Positions 55,384 to 64,000 of a stretch of 64,000 bases of DNA are shown here, one piece after another. The position numbers and the translations under genes are program-made. The number at the start of each line of letters is the position of its first letter. The stretch's first letter is position 1. The stretch covers positions 23,916 to 87,915 of the forward strand of contig MPMP01000005.1 in assembly GCA_002238565.1 (NCBI GenBank). The letters are read 5' to 3'. Under the pieces are notes generated by a model, which had not been told where the DNA came from, made no database searches, and saw only the letters and a program-made list of their open reading frames with translations. Source of the stretch: Albidovulum sp. bin36 (lineage in GTDB: Bacteria; Pseudomonadota; Alphaproteobacteria; Rhodobacterales; Rhodobacteraceae).

Positions 55384-55841
55384 GCGCGCGAATTTTCAAA
55401 GCATAGAATACGCTGCGCCTTGCCGCAGTCAAAGCTCGGATGAAATATGCGGTCAACAGCGGAATCGCGACGGATGGATCATGGAAGTAAACGTCGCGGC
55501 CATCGGATTATCGCCGGCGTTTTTGCCCTGGCCCGGCGTCAATGCAACAGTTGTTGATATCGGCATGCTCATGGAGCCCTCGCGCCTATGGCGGCCATGA
55601 CACGGCTGTCGACATAGGGGTAGCCGGCTCGTCGAGAATTTCAAGAGTCTCGGCTAGGAATCCGTGCGCGCGGAGGCGCGGCCTGAATTTGCCTTTGCCG
55701 GCATCCGGCATCAGTTGGCTCAGGCAGTCCGGGACCAACGACCGACGCAATCGAGATGTCGCGGCCCTCCGGCCTTTTTGCGGCCAGCCGTAGCAATCGC
55801 GGGAGCGCCCATTAAGGCTTCTGAACACGGTCGGGTGGCCT

Positions 55842-56597
55842 TTAGAGGTTGTATTTGCCTCCGTCGACATTGATCGTCTGGCCAGTTACGAAGTTGCTGT
55901 CGGACGAGGCGAGATAGATTAGGGTGCCAAGCAGGTCGGCGGGAAGCATTTCTCGTTTGATCGAGCGCGAGGCGATGGTCGGTCCGCGGGCCATGTTGAA
56001 GCCATCGTTGGCTCTTACGCCCTCGCTTTCAGTCAGCCCGGGCGCGATGGCGTTCACCTGGATGTTCTTGTCGCCCAATTCGCGCGCGTGGCAGCGGGTC
56101 AGCGCAATGACCGCTCCTTTGGAGGCGGTGTAGTGCGACAATCCCGGAGGGCCGTAGTAAAACGTGCCGGACGCGATGTTGACGACTTTGCCGCCGCCGG
56201 CCTGGATCATGGTCGGCACGACCGCGCGCATGACCTGGTGAACGCTCCGCGTGTTCACGCGCATGATCAGGTCGAACTCGTCGTCGTCGATTTCAAAAAA
56301 CGGCTTCGGCCGGATCGCGGCGAAGATCGATGCGTTGTTGACCATGATATCGAGTCCGCCCAGTTCGGTTTTGGCCGTTTCGACCATCGCAGCGAGGTCG
56401 CCGTTCGACGTCACGTCGACCTTCATGCCCAGCGCCGTGCCGCCGGAAGCGGTAATCGCCGTCACGGCGCCGGCCGTATCCCGCACATCCGATACCAGCA
56501 CCTTGGCCCCTTCGTCGGCCATTGCCTTGGCCATGAGAGCTCCGATGCCTTGCGCGGCTCCCGTGATTGAGGCGGTTTTTCCTTCTAGGCGGCCCAT
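55842..56597 (-). CDS. short-chain dehydrogenase/reductase (SDR)
   Basis: TGAAQGIG cofactor motif, NNAS, and catalytic YxxxK (YTASKGAV). Confidence 0.88.
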   Translation of the reverse strand: MGRLEGKTASITGAAQGIGALMAKAMADEGAKVLVSDVRDTAGAVTAITASGGTALGMKVDVTSNGDLAAMVETAKTELGGLDIMVNNASIFAAIRPKPFFEIDDDEFDLIMRVNTRSVHQVMRAVVPTMIQAGGGKVVNIASGTFYYGPPGLSHYTASKGAVIALTRCHARELGDKNIQVNAIAPGLTESEGVRANDGFNMARGPTIASRSIKREMLPADLLGTLIYLASSDSNFVTGQTINVDGGKYNL

Positions 56598-56611
56598 CGG
56601 CTCCTCCTTTT

Positions 56612-57433
56612 TCAGTTTTCGATTTCGAGAATTCTAGCGACTTCCGGCCAGCTCCTGGCGCCGTTGTCCCGCAGATCATTGGCAAGGTCCTCGGGCACCC
56701 AGTCGATCAGGCATTTTTTGAAATTGGGCCGCGCTTCGACCCGCGCGAACCACGTCTCTACATTGGGCAGGCGCCCTCCTTCCCACATGCCGCGCATCGA
56801 CATCATGGCGAGGCGGTTGACATAGGGCGCCATGGCGATGTCGGCGATCGAGAACCTGCCGCCGACCAGCCAGGCGTTTCCGTCGTCGAGCGCTTTCTCC
56901 ATCCTGTGGAGATAGGCGTCGTAAAGCCTGATCTTGTCTTCTATTCCCGGAGCTTCGAACCCGTAGCGGGTAAAGGCGTCCTTTTGGCTCTTCCAGTTGG
57001 CCGTGACGGACATCGGCGGGGTCGATGCAAGGAATTTCCTTACGCCTTCCGGTCCAAGATTTTTGAGGACGGTGTGCCGATGCGAGCAGACGAAGGTAAC
57101 GGCGCCGCAAGCCGGGTGAAGATCCTCGTCGACCGCCTTGGTCCAATACCTGGCCTGCGCGCGCTCCCACGGGTCCGCGGGATGAACGCTGGTCTCGGGA
57201 GCGATTTGATCGAGATATTCGATGATGACCGTGCTGTCCGGAATAACAAGATCGTTGTGAACCAGCGTCGGAACCACGCCCTTCGGGTTGAGCTTGAGGT
57301 ATTCGGGATCGAACTGCTCGCCTTTCAGGATGTCGATATAGACGCCATCCCAGTCCTGTCCCTTCTCGTCCATCGCAAACCGTACTTTGGCGGCGCATAC
57401 CGAAGAGCCGTGATGATAGAGCGTAAATGTCAT
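56612..57433 (-). CDS. glutathione S-transferase family protein
   Basis: Internal ATG at 57433 (ATGA overlap with the aldehyde dehydrogenase stop). MTFTLYHHGSSVCAAKVRFAMDEKG...LNPKGVVPTLVHNDLVIPDSTVIIEYL. Confidence 0.8.
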   Translation of the reverse strand: MTFTLYHHGSSVCAAKVRFAMDEKGQDWDGVYIDILKGEQFDPEYLKLNPKGVVPTLVHNDLVIPDSTVIIEYLDQIAPETSVHPADPWERAQARYWTKAVDEDLHPACGAVTFVCSHRHTVLKNLGPEGVRKFLASTPPMSVTANWKSQKDAFTRYGFEAPGIEDKIRLYDAYLHRMEKALDDGNAWLVGGRFSIADIAMAPYVNRLAMMSMRGMWEGGRLPNVETWFARVEARPNFKKCLIDWVPEDLANDLRDNGARSWPEVARILEIEN

Positions 57434-58869
57434 AGCTGCACCGTTACCCACTTGAGTTCCGTCATTGCTTCCATGTCCGCGTCCGTTCCTTCTCTGCCTA
57501 CGCCGCTTTCGCCGTTGCCGCCGAAAGGCACGTGGGCCTCGTCGTGAATCGTCGGGCCGTTGATGTGGCACATGCCGGCGCCTATGTTCCGGGCGAAATG
57601 AAAAGCCTTGTCGATGTCCTTTGTAAAGATCGCCGACGAGAGGCCGTATTCCGTGTCGTTGGCTTTCTCCAGCCCTTCCTCGTAGCTGTCAATCGGGTAG
57701 ATCGACGTAACCGGACCGAAGGTTTCGGTCTTGCACACGGTCATGTCCTCGGTAACGCCGGTTAGCAGCGTCGGCTGGCAGCGGTTGCCGACCCATCCTC
57801 CGCCCGCGACTACTGTCGCGCCCTTGTCGACGGCATCGGCGATATGGGCCTTGACCCGGGCGCGCTGCCTTTCAGAGATTATGGGTGCTATGACCGTGCC
57901 CGGATCTCGCAGGCACCCCATCCCGACCCGCGATGCGGCCATGGCGAACCGCTTCACGAATTCTTCATAGAGCGGGCGCTCGACATAGAATCGGCTGGAC
58001 CCGATGCATGCCTGCCCGGCGAACATGAAGATCGACCGCGCCGCGAGCGGCACGACCTTGCCCAGGTCGGCATCGGCCAGAATTACGGTCGGACTCTTGC
58101 CGCCCAGCTCCAGCGTGCTAGGCGTTTTATTCTTCGCGCAGACCTCGCTTACGTGCTGCCCGACCACCGAGGATCCTGTGAATGTGACAAAATCCACGTC
58201 ATTGTGCCCGGTCAGATCGTCGCCGATCTCGTGGCCGAAGCCGGTTACGACGTTGTAGGCGCCTGCGGGGAATCCCGCCTCGGCGACCATCTCGGCAAAA
58301 AGCACGGTGAGATGCGGCGCCAGTTCGGACGGTAGATGCACGGCCGTATTCCCGACAGCCAGCGCATTGGCGACAAGCCGGGTCGTTTTGATCAAAGGCA
58401 CGTTGAAGGGCGTGAATATCGCTACGACGCCCAGCGGCTCGCGAATCGACATCGAAAACTTTCCCGGCGCGTCGGAAGGGATCGTTTCGCCGCGCACGTT
58501 GCGGCAAAGTCCCGCCGCCGCGCGGACCATGGTCAGGCCCTTTTCGAATTCGAAGGCCGCCTTTTGAATCGGCGAGCCGATTTCGTCGATCAGGCAGTCG
58601 ATGAGCTCGGACTTCCTCTTCTCCATGATTTCCGCGACGCGCAGCAGCCGGCGCTCGCGATCCGCGGGCGGAGATTCCCGATATCCGGGAAACGCGGCCC
58701 TGGCCGCGGCTACGGCGCGGCGCATGTCGCCGCCCGTGCCCTTGGCCGCGCGGGCGTAGAGGCTGTCGTCGAGCGGGTTCAGCACGTCGAAGTCCCTGCC
58801 GCCTTCGGAATCGACCCATTCGCCGCCGATGAAATGCTGAAGATTCTTGATGCCGGTGTTCGTAGTCAT
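57430..58869 (-). CDS. NAD(P)-dependent aldehyde dehydrogenase
   Basis: 479 aa. ELGGKSP and FMFAGQACIGSSR (catalytic Glu and Cys motifs). Confidence 0.9.
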   Translation of the reverse strand: MTTNTGIKNLQHFIGGEWVDSEGGRDFDVLNPLDDSLYARAAKGTGGDMRRAVAAARAAFPGYRESPPADRERRLLRVAEIMEKRKSELIDCLIDEIGSPIQKAAFEFEKGLTMVRAAAGLCRNVRGETIPSDAPGKFSMSIREPLGVVAIFTPFNVPLIKTTRLVANALAVGNTAVHLPSELAPHLTVLFAEMVAEAGFPAGAYNVVTGFGHEIGDDLTGHNDVDFVTFTGSSVVGQHVSEVCAKNKTPSTLELGGKSPTVILADADLGKVVPLAARSIFMFAGQACIGSSRFYVERPLYEEFVKRFAMAASRVGMGCLRDPGTVIAPIISERQRARVKAHIADAVDKGATVVAGGGWVGNRCQPTLLTGVTEDMTVCKTETFGPVTSIYPIDSYEEGLEKANDTEYGLSSAIFTKDIDKAFHFARNIGAGMCHINGPTIHDEAHVPFGGNGESGVGREGTDADMEAMTELKWVTVQL

Positions 58870-58888
58870 GGAGCGGCTCCTGTTGCTG

Positions 58889-60250
58889 CTATCCGCCGAC
58901 GATCGTCTGCGGTAGGAAAAGCGCTATCTGCGGGAAGAGGATGAGAAGGCCGATCATCGCGGCCATGGCGAACCAGAACGGCCAGATGCCGCGGAAGATC
59001 TGGCCCATCGGAACCTCGGGCGCGATGGATTTCACGATGAAGACATTGATGCCGACCGGCGGGCTGATCATGCCCATTTCAAGCACGATCACTACGATGA
59101 TGCCGAACCAGATCAGGTTCCAGTCGAGGCCGATCGCAATGGGGATGACGACCGGGATTGTAAGTACTAGCATCGCGAGCGACTCGAGAAACATGCCGAG
59201 GACCATGTAGGCGAGGATGATGACCAGCAGCACGCCGAGGTCTCCGATCGGGAGGGATGTAAGAATTGTCACCAGCTGCGCCGGCAATTCCGTAAGCGAC
59301 ATGAACGGGATGAACACGAACGCGCCGATAATGATCAGAAACACCGTCGCGGTGGCGTTCATCGTCTGCAGGATGACGGTTCGCGCCGCTTCCAGCGTCA
59401 GAGACCGTCGCCAGGCCGCCACGGCGAAGGTTAGGAAAGCGCCGACCGAGGATGCCTCGACCGGAGTAAAGAATCCCGTATACATTCCGCCGATCGTAAT
59501 CAGAACAACGCCCAGAATGGGAACGGCGCGCCAGAGCGCGGCCAGTCGGTCCGCGCGTCCGGAACGCTCTCCGCGCGGACCCGCCTCGGGGTTTCGCGCG
59601 ACGACAAGGTAGACCGCCGCGATGAAGAGCAGCGTCAGGATAATGCCCGGGAACACCCCCGCCATGAAGAGGCGGCCGATCGACTGCTCGGTGAGAACGG
59701 CATATATGATCATGCCGCCGGATGGAGGAATAAGGAAGCCGAGCGTGCCGCCCGCGGCCACGGATCCCGTGGCAAGCCTATCGGAATACTTGTACCGCTT
59801 CATCTCCGGCAGCGCGACGCGGCCCATTGTAACTGCGGATGCGAGCGATGAGCCGGACAGCGCCGCGAAGCCCGCGCAGGCGGCGATCGTGGCCGAGGCC
59901 AGCCCGCCGCGCAGATGCCCCATCCAGCGATAGGCCGCTTCGAAGAGGTGGTTCGACATCCGGGAAACGCTGGCTAGATTGCCCATCAGTACGAACATCG
60001 GGATCACTAGCAAATTATAGTTCGAAGCGGCCTCGAACGTTTCGCCCGCGAGGTTCGAATAGGCGATCTTCCAGCCCCGCGCCCACGCTTGATCCGGGGC
60101 CATCCCGACGCCGATGAACTTGTTGGCGTTGGCGACTGCCGTGCCTAGGAATCCTACGCCCAGCATCGACAGTGCGACCGGCATGCGAAGGGCAAGCAAT
60201 GCGAACAGCGAAAGCAGTCCCAAAAGACCGAGAAGCGTCATGCTGATCAT
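58889..60250 (-). CDS. dctM: TRAP transporter large permease
   Basis: 453 aa polytopic protein. ATGA-type overlap with the upstream small permease. Confidence 0.88.
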   Translation of the reverse strand: MISMTLLGLLGLLSLFALLALRMPVALSMLGVGFLGTAVANANKFIGVGMAPDQAWARGWKIAYSNLAGETFEAASNYNLLVIPMFVLMGNLASVSRMSNHLFEAAYRWMGHLRGGLASATIAACAGFAALSGSSLASAVTMGRVALPEMKRYKYSDRLATGSVAAGGTLGFLIPPSGGMIIYAVLTEQSIGRLFMAGVFPGIILTLLFIAAVYLVVARNPEAGPRGERSGRADRLAALWRAVPILGVVLITIGGMYTGFFTPVEASSVGAFLTFAVAAWRRSLTLEAARTVILQTMNATATVFLIIIGAFVFIPFMSLTELPAQLVTILTSLPIGDLGVLLVIILAYMVLGMFLESLAMLVLTIPVVIPIAIGLDWNLIWFGIIVVIVLEMGMISPPVGINVFIVKSIAPEVPMGQIFRGIWPFWFAMAAMIGLLILFPQIALFLPQTIVGG

Positions 60251-60861
60251 AGCGCGCCGCCTCCGATCTTTATCGACGCGACCTTGCCGGATCTCAGGAG
60301 TTGCCAGATATCGAACGCCAGAACCACTGCGTAAATTGCCGCCGAAAGAGCGAGCAGGTAGTAGAACGGCTCGAACGAAATCAGCAATTGCTGGGTGGTT
60401 TCACCGAATCGAACCGCGTTCTGCCCCGAATGCCAAAGCCGCCAAGCCATGACGGCCAGAAGGGCCGCGCCGAGCAACTTAACGAATATCATCGACCATT
60501 TCGCGAATCCGGCCGACATGCGCGACCTGAGCACCTCGATCTCGATATGGGCGCCCGTCCGCGCGCCGAGCGAGACCGACAGCGCGACGATCACGACGAG
60601 CGCCAGAATCAGCAGATCCTCCGCGCCGACGATGGGGGAGTTCAAGGCCTTGCGCATGACCAGTACATTCAAGACTGAAAAGCCCGTCATGAAGACCAGC
60701 GCCGCTCCTCCGCAAGCCAGGGACGTCCAGCTTAGCAAAGCGTCGAGCCATTGAAGCCCGAGCCGCGTTCCGCCGCGGGTCTTTCCGCTGTTCGATTCGT
60801 TCGGCACTTGACGAAGTCCTCGCTTCGGTCGGTTCAGACTTTCGAAAAGTCCGGGCACCAT
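60247..60861 (-). CDS. dctQ: TRAP transporter small permease
   Basis: About four hydrophobic helices. Immediately upstream of and overlapping dctM. The start is uncertain because the track start overlaps the upstream GST by 28 nt. Confidence 0.7.
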   Translation of the reverse strand: MVPGLFESLNRPKRGLRQVPNESNSGKTRGGTRLGLQWLDALLSWTSLACGGAALVFMTGFSVLNVLVMRKALNSPIVGAEDLLILALVVIVALSVSLGARTGAHIEIEVLRSRMSAGFAKWSMIFVKLLGAALLAVMAWRLWHSGQNAVRFGETTQQLLISFEPFYYLLALSAAIYAVVLAFDIWQLLRSGKVASIKIGGGAL

Positions 60862-61514
60862 TTCAGGATGCCTTCGCGAAAGCTCTCCTTGCTTCCGACA
60901 GCCGCTGCCCAGCGCGCGATATTCGGAAAGCGCTGGAACGGAAAGCCGCAGCCGATGAGCACGAAGTGCAGGGGTATCCAGGAGATATCGGCCAGAGTGA
61001 ACCGATCGCCCATAATGAAATTCCGGCCTTCAAGCGAGCTTTCGAGTTTGGCGAAGCACTCCTCCAGAATTCCCTGCGCCCTAGCGATGTCCTGCTCGCC
61101 GAATGCGCCGGAGCCGGCATGCTTCGCGTGGAAAGTTTTCAGCTCCTCGTTCTTCTGAAGCTCGTCGTACTTTTTCTGCTCGTCGGCGGTCTTTTTCACC
61201 TTGTTCTGAATTTTGGTCGCGTAGACGTACGGCTTGACCGCCGGCACATGGATCGACGCGGCGAGACGAAGCCATCCATGCATTTCATCTTCGCCGCCGA
61301 CCGCTCGCAACGAGGGTTCGGGATAGGCTTCGTCGAGATACGCGATAATATCGTTGGACTCTATGTGAACTACGCCGCTATCGATCAGCGTCGGCACCAG
61401 ACCGTTCGGATTTATACCGAAAAATTCATCCGAAATATTTTCCTTCTTCTTCAGGTCGAGGTGATGACTGGTCCAGGGAAGTCCCTTTTCGATGAGCGCC
61501 ATGCGGACGCGCAT
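60834..61514 (-). CDS. glutathione S-transferase family protein, probably 5'-truncated by the adjacent IS debris
   Basis: It begins MRVRMALIEKGLPW..., that is, inside the conserved SPxSxRVR N-terminal motif. The in-frame upstream sequence reads stop-PTPS-M, so the first beta-strand (about 8-10 aa) is missing. Confidence 0.65.
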   Translation of the reverse strand: MRVRMALIEKGLPWTSHHLDLKKKENISDEFFGINPNGLVPTLIDSGVVHIESNDIIAYLDEAYPEPSLRAVGGEDEMHGWLRLAASIHVPAVKPYVYATKIQNKVKKTADEQKKYDELQKNEELKTFHAKHAGSGAFGEQDIARAQGILEECFAKLESSLEGRNFIMGDRFTLADISWIPLHFVLIGCGFPFQRFPNIARWAAAVGSKESFREGILKWCPDFSKV

Positions 61515-61539
61515 CGAGGGTGTAGGTCAAATGGTTTGA

Positions 61540-61895
61540 TTAGGCCGCCTGCGACATTCCGACCTTCCAGTCCATGAAGTCCACCCAGCGCGTGTTCGCG
61601 AGCGCGCATTTGATTGCCAGCATGGCGTTCGCCCCCTTGAGCGTCCAGCGGCTTCCGGGGCGCTTGAGGCGCAGCCCGACGATGTGCCGGCACGAGGTTT
61701 CGACCACTCCGGAGCCGATCTGCATGCCGCGCTTCCTGTAGCTTCCGTAGCGCATGCGCTCCCGGTTCTCTTTAAAATAGTCGATGCACTTCGCCACGGC
61801 TTCGCCACGGCTTCGCCTCGTTCGCGATGCGGCTCGAGTTCGCCGATGATCGAGGCGACGACTCCGGCCTTCAGCCTGGACTTGAGCTCCTGCAA
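61540..61895 (-). pseudogene. C-terminal fragment of an ISKra4-like transposase, frameshifted
   Basis: CIDYFKENRERMRYGSYRKRGMQIGSGVVETSCRHIVGLRLKRPGSRWTLKGANAMLAIKCALANTRW. The upstream continuation lies in another frame across an 11-bp tandem duplication at about 61793-61814. Confidence 0.65.
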
Positions 61896-62284
61896 TCGCG
61901 TCTCTCGCTTTGCCTTGTCCGGGCTTAACTGCTCGAGCCCGCTGTCGCGGATTTTTCGTTAATTTCAGACTTCCTGACCTCGGGTTTTACGGCGGCGAGC
62001 TTTCCCGGCCCCTTTATTCGGTTTCGCCGCTCTGGCCGGCAATTCATAGACCATGTGCGGGCCGGTTCAGGGGAAGACGGTTCGGGTCAGCTCCTCCAGG
62101 AGCCCGGCGATCGCTGCGTCGCCGGAGTTGCTGGCGGTGCCGATGATGCGGACTCGCAGGATTCCGTTGTCCGACTCGAGCGCAATGTCGGCTTCCGACT
62201 GGAAGAGCTCGGCGAGAAGCCGACGGGGCGCTGCTTTTTGCCCTGCGTATCGGCGACGGCGGGCATCATTCGGGACTCCGCACG

Positions 62285-62850
62285 GTAGGCGATCATCCGG
62301 CTGCTGCTCGCCACCTTCGGCGACGCAACGCCGGACCACGCGCTCCAACTCGTGTCCTGGTACGAGAAGCGGTGGCTGATCGAGGAGTATTCCGGAACCC
62401 TCAAGGTCGGCACCCGGATCAAGGACCGGAAGCTTAATCCGGCCGACGACCTGCGCAAGCGCCTGGCATTCGACGCGGTGATCGCCTGCGCGGTGATGTC
62501 CATCGAGCGCCCCGTGCGCACGGTCGTCCCCTTGGACGAGATCATGGCTCCGGCCGTTCACATGTCCAAGCCGCACCACCGGAGGCAGCGCGGGCCGGGT
62601 CGTCCCCTGGGACGAGATCTGGGCTCGGCCCGTTCACATGTCCAAGCCGACCCACCGGAGGCAGCGCGGCCCGCCCGACCCGAACCAGACGATCGCGAGT
62701 TTCGCGGTCAACACGGCCCGCCTCGCCGGATTCATCCCCGGGAAGAGGCAGCCGCTGCCGGGAACCCAAAAACTCTGGGAGGGCTACATGCTGCTATCAT
62801 TGTTCGTCGAAGATTTCAAAGCTTGGCGAGACTACGGCATGATCTGAGTT
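62285..62850 (+). pseudogene. fragment of a second, different IS4/Tn5-like transposase, disrupted
   Basis: LVSWYEKRWLIEEYSGTLKVGTRIKDRKL (YxxRWxIE catalytic-E region). The C-terminal dimerisation-like region (TIASFAVNTARLAGFIPGKRQPLPGTQKLWEGY) lies in another frame after a 76-bp duplication. Confidence 0.65.
62522..62673 (+). repeat. two tandem copies of an approximately 76-bp unit inside the transposase fragment
   Basis: GGTCGTCCCCTTGGACGAGATCATGGCTCCGGCCGTTCACATGTCCAAGCCGCACCACCGGAGGCAGCGCGGGCCG is followed at 62598 by a near-identical copy. Confidence 0.85.
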
Positions 62851-62871
62851 AACTGTTTACGGATAAAAGGT

Positions 62872-63618
62872 CTAGGATCTCGGCGCTCGGGCGGTTAGGA
62901 ATATCAGCTCGAACGTAGCGGGAATTCTACCGTCCGGAGCCGAAAATCGCTCGGCGTAGATCCGGGCGCATTCCAAAAACAACTTTTTCGAGGCGAATTC
63001 CGTTTTTCGTTCCGCAAGAGCGTTCGTTTCGCCCATGGAGCGCAAATCCCGCATGAGTTCCAATGCGCTTGAATAGGTCGCCTTTACAGTAATGCTGTCA
63101 GCGACTGCATCGATGAAACCGGCCCGCTGAAGCAAATTCCCCAGGTCGCGAATGTCTCCCATCGGCGCGACTCGAGGGCTTGCTCCGCCGGCGGCGAATA
63201 CTTCCGCTTCCGCGATCGACTGCCTCAACTCCTGCAGCGTCGCGCCGCCGAGAAGCGCGCATAGAAACAAGCCCCCGGGACGAAGCGCCATCCTGCATTG
63301 GATAAGCTGTCCTACGGGATCGTTCGACCAATGAAGCGCCATGGCGTGAATGAACAGGTCGAACCGCGAAGCTGGTGCGCCAAGAATTTCCCTGTCCGGG
63401 AACAGCTCGGCGGTTTCGAATGCTCCTTTCCAGAATTCGGGGAATCCGGAAACAAGCGCCGCTGCGGCGAACCGCCCGTCGAGTTCTTCTAATCGAACGC
63501 GAATTTCATCCTGCACCTGCGAATGCAGAAACATGGCATCGTTTCGGCCCTCGGCCCGGGCGCGCCTGCGATGCTTGCCCAGCGAATCGGTATCGGTTAA
63601 ATTTAGCGGGCTTCGCAT
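62872..63618 (-). CDS. class I SAM-dependent methyltransferase-like protein (NDUFAF5/BioC-like family)
   Basis: Internal ATG at 63618. FDLFIHAMALHWSNDPVGQLIQCRMALRPGGLFLCALLGGATLQELR... The N-terminal SAM-binding glycine motif is not obvious. Confidence 0.6.
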   Translation of the reverse strand: MRSPLNLTDTDSLGKHRRRARAEGRNDAMFLHSQVQDEIRVRLEELDGRFAAAALVSGFPEFWKGAFETAELFPDREILGAPASRFDLFIHAMALHWSNDPVGQLIQCRMALRPGGLFLCALLGGATLQELRQSIAEAEVFAAGGASPRVAPMGDIRDLGNLLQRAGFIDAVADSITVKATYSSALELMRDLRSMGETNALAERKTEFASKKLFLECARIYAERFSAPDGRIPATFELIFLTARAPRS

Positions 63619-63703
63619 CGGCGAAATCGATCTTGGCCGCCATGGAGGCAAGCCAATTCCCGAATATTGTTTTGTTCCGGCTTCAACTTGCGAGCCGCCG
63701 GAT

Positions 63704-64000
63704 TCACGCAAAAGTATCTAGCGCGGCATGGACCAGTCGCTTCGTGTAATCCGTTTTCGGATTGTCAAGCACATCCGCCGTTTGACCTTGCTCGACTACG
63801 TCGCCGTCGCGCATTACGATCACGCGATGGCATAGAGCCTTTACGACTTTTAGGTCGTGGCTGATGAACAGATAGCTAAGGTCGTGCTTGCGCCGAAGTT
63901 CGCGCAGCAAATCTATAATCTGCGCCTGGATTGAAAGGTCGAGAGCCGACGTGGGCTCGTCGAGCAGTATGAATTTCGGTCGCATGACCATGGCTCGGGC
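63704..64000 (-). CDS. ABC transporter ATP-binding protein, C-terminal part (5' end outside the window)
   Basis: Walker B and downstream region FILLDEPTSALDLSIQAQIIDLLRELRRKHDLSYLFISHDL. The frame is open to the window edge. Confidence 0.8.
   Translation of the reverse strand, partial: ARAMVMRPKFILLDEPTSALDLSIQAQIIDLLRELRRKHDLSYLFISHDLKVVKALCHRVIVMRDGDVVEQGQTADVLDNPKTDYTKRLVHAALDTFA

Noticed and set aside
62067-62290. Minus-strand segment ending ...LRVRIIGTASNSGDAAIAGLLEELTRTVFP, possibly a further mobile-element protein fragment
   Set aside because: It looks like the C-terminal end of some conserved protein, but I cannot name the family with confidence. It is left unannotated within the IS debris.

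Overview
High-GC segment whose gene content looks alphaproteobacterial (inference only). Layout: (i) 1-7.9 kb, plus strand: a periplasmic, Tat-exported, Cys-type formate dehydrogenase operon (DUF3306-like, TorD-like chaperone, small Tat-target protein, alpha/beta/gamma subunits), followed by a WD40-cytochrome c fusion. (ii) 8.0-13.5 kb, minus strand: a family-5 (Dpp/Opp-type) ABC importer. (iii) 14.0-15.9 kb: a frameshifted ISAs1-type element whose transposase has a DUF4338-like N-terminus. (iv) 16.0-33.8 kb: a large cobalamin biosynthesis cluster (cobQ-cobO-cobN-cobW, cobK-cbiD, cobA-cobB, cobM-cbiG/cobJ-cobI-cobL-cobH-cbiX). (v) 34.0-35.7 kb: ettA. (vi) about 35.7-62.9 kb: accessory DNA with IS debris. 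The most interesting part is a translationally coupled five-gene minus-strand operon at 38.5-51.3 kb. It encodes an SF1 helicase with a Vsr/DUF559-like nuclease, a giant membrane-anchored coiled-coil protein with four near-identical 462-bp in-frame repeats, a membrane-anchored coiled-coil protein fused to a McrB-like AAA+ domain, a McrC/DUF2357-like protein, and a roughly 920-aa protein with a degenerate Hsp70-like fold. This looks like a divergent McrBC-derived (CoCoNuT-like) defence system. Two same-orientation remnants of one IS4/Tn5-like element bracket it, and vapBC and an orphan Panacea-domain antitoxin lie next to it. The rest of the accessory region holds OsmC-like, SDR, GST, aldehyde dehydrogenase and TRAP dctQM genes, more IS fragments, a methyltransferase and a partial ABC ATPase. 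All functional calls rest on motif recognition by eye; no database search was run.
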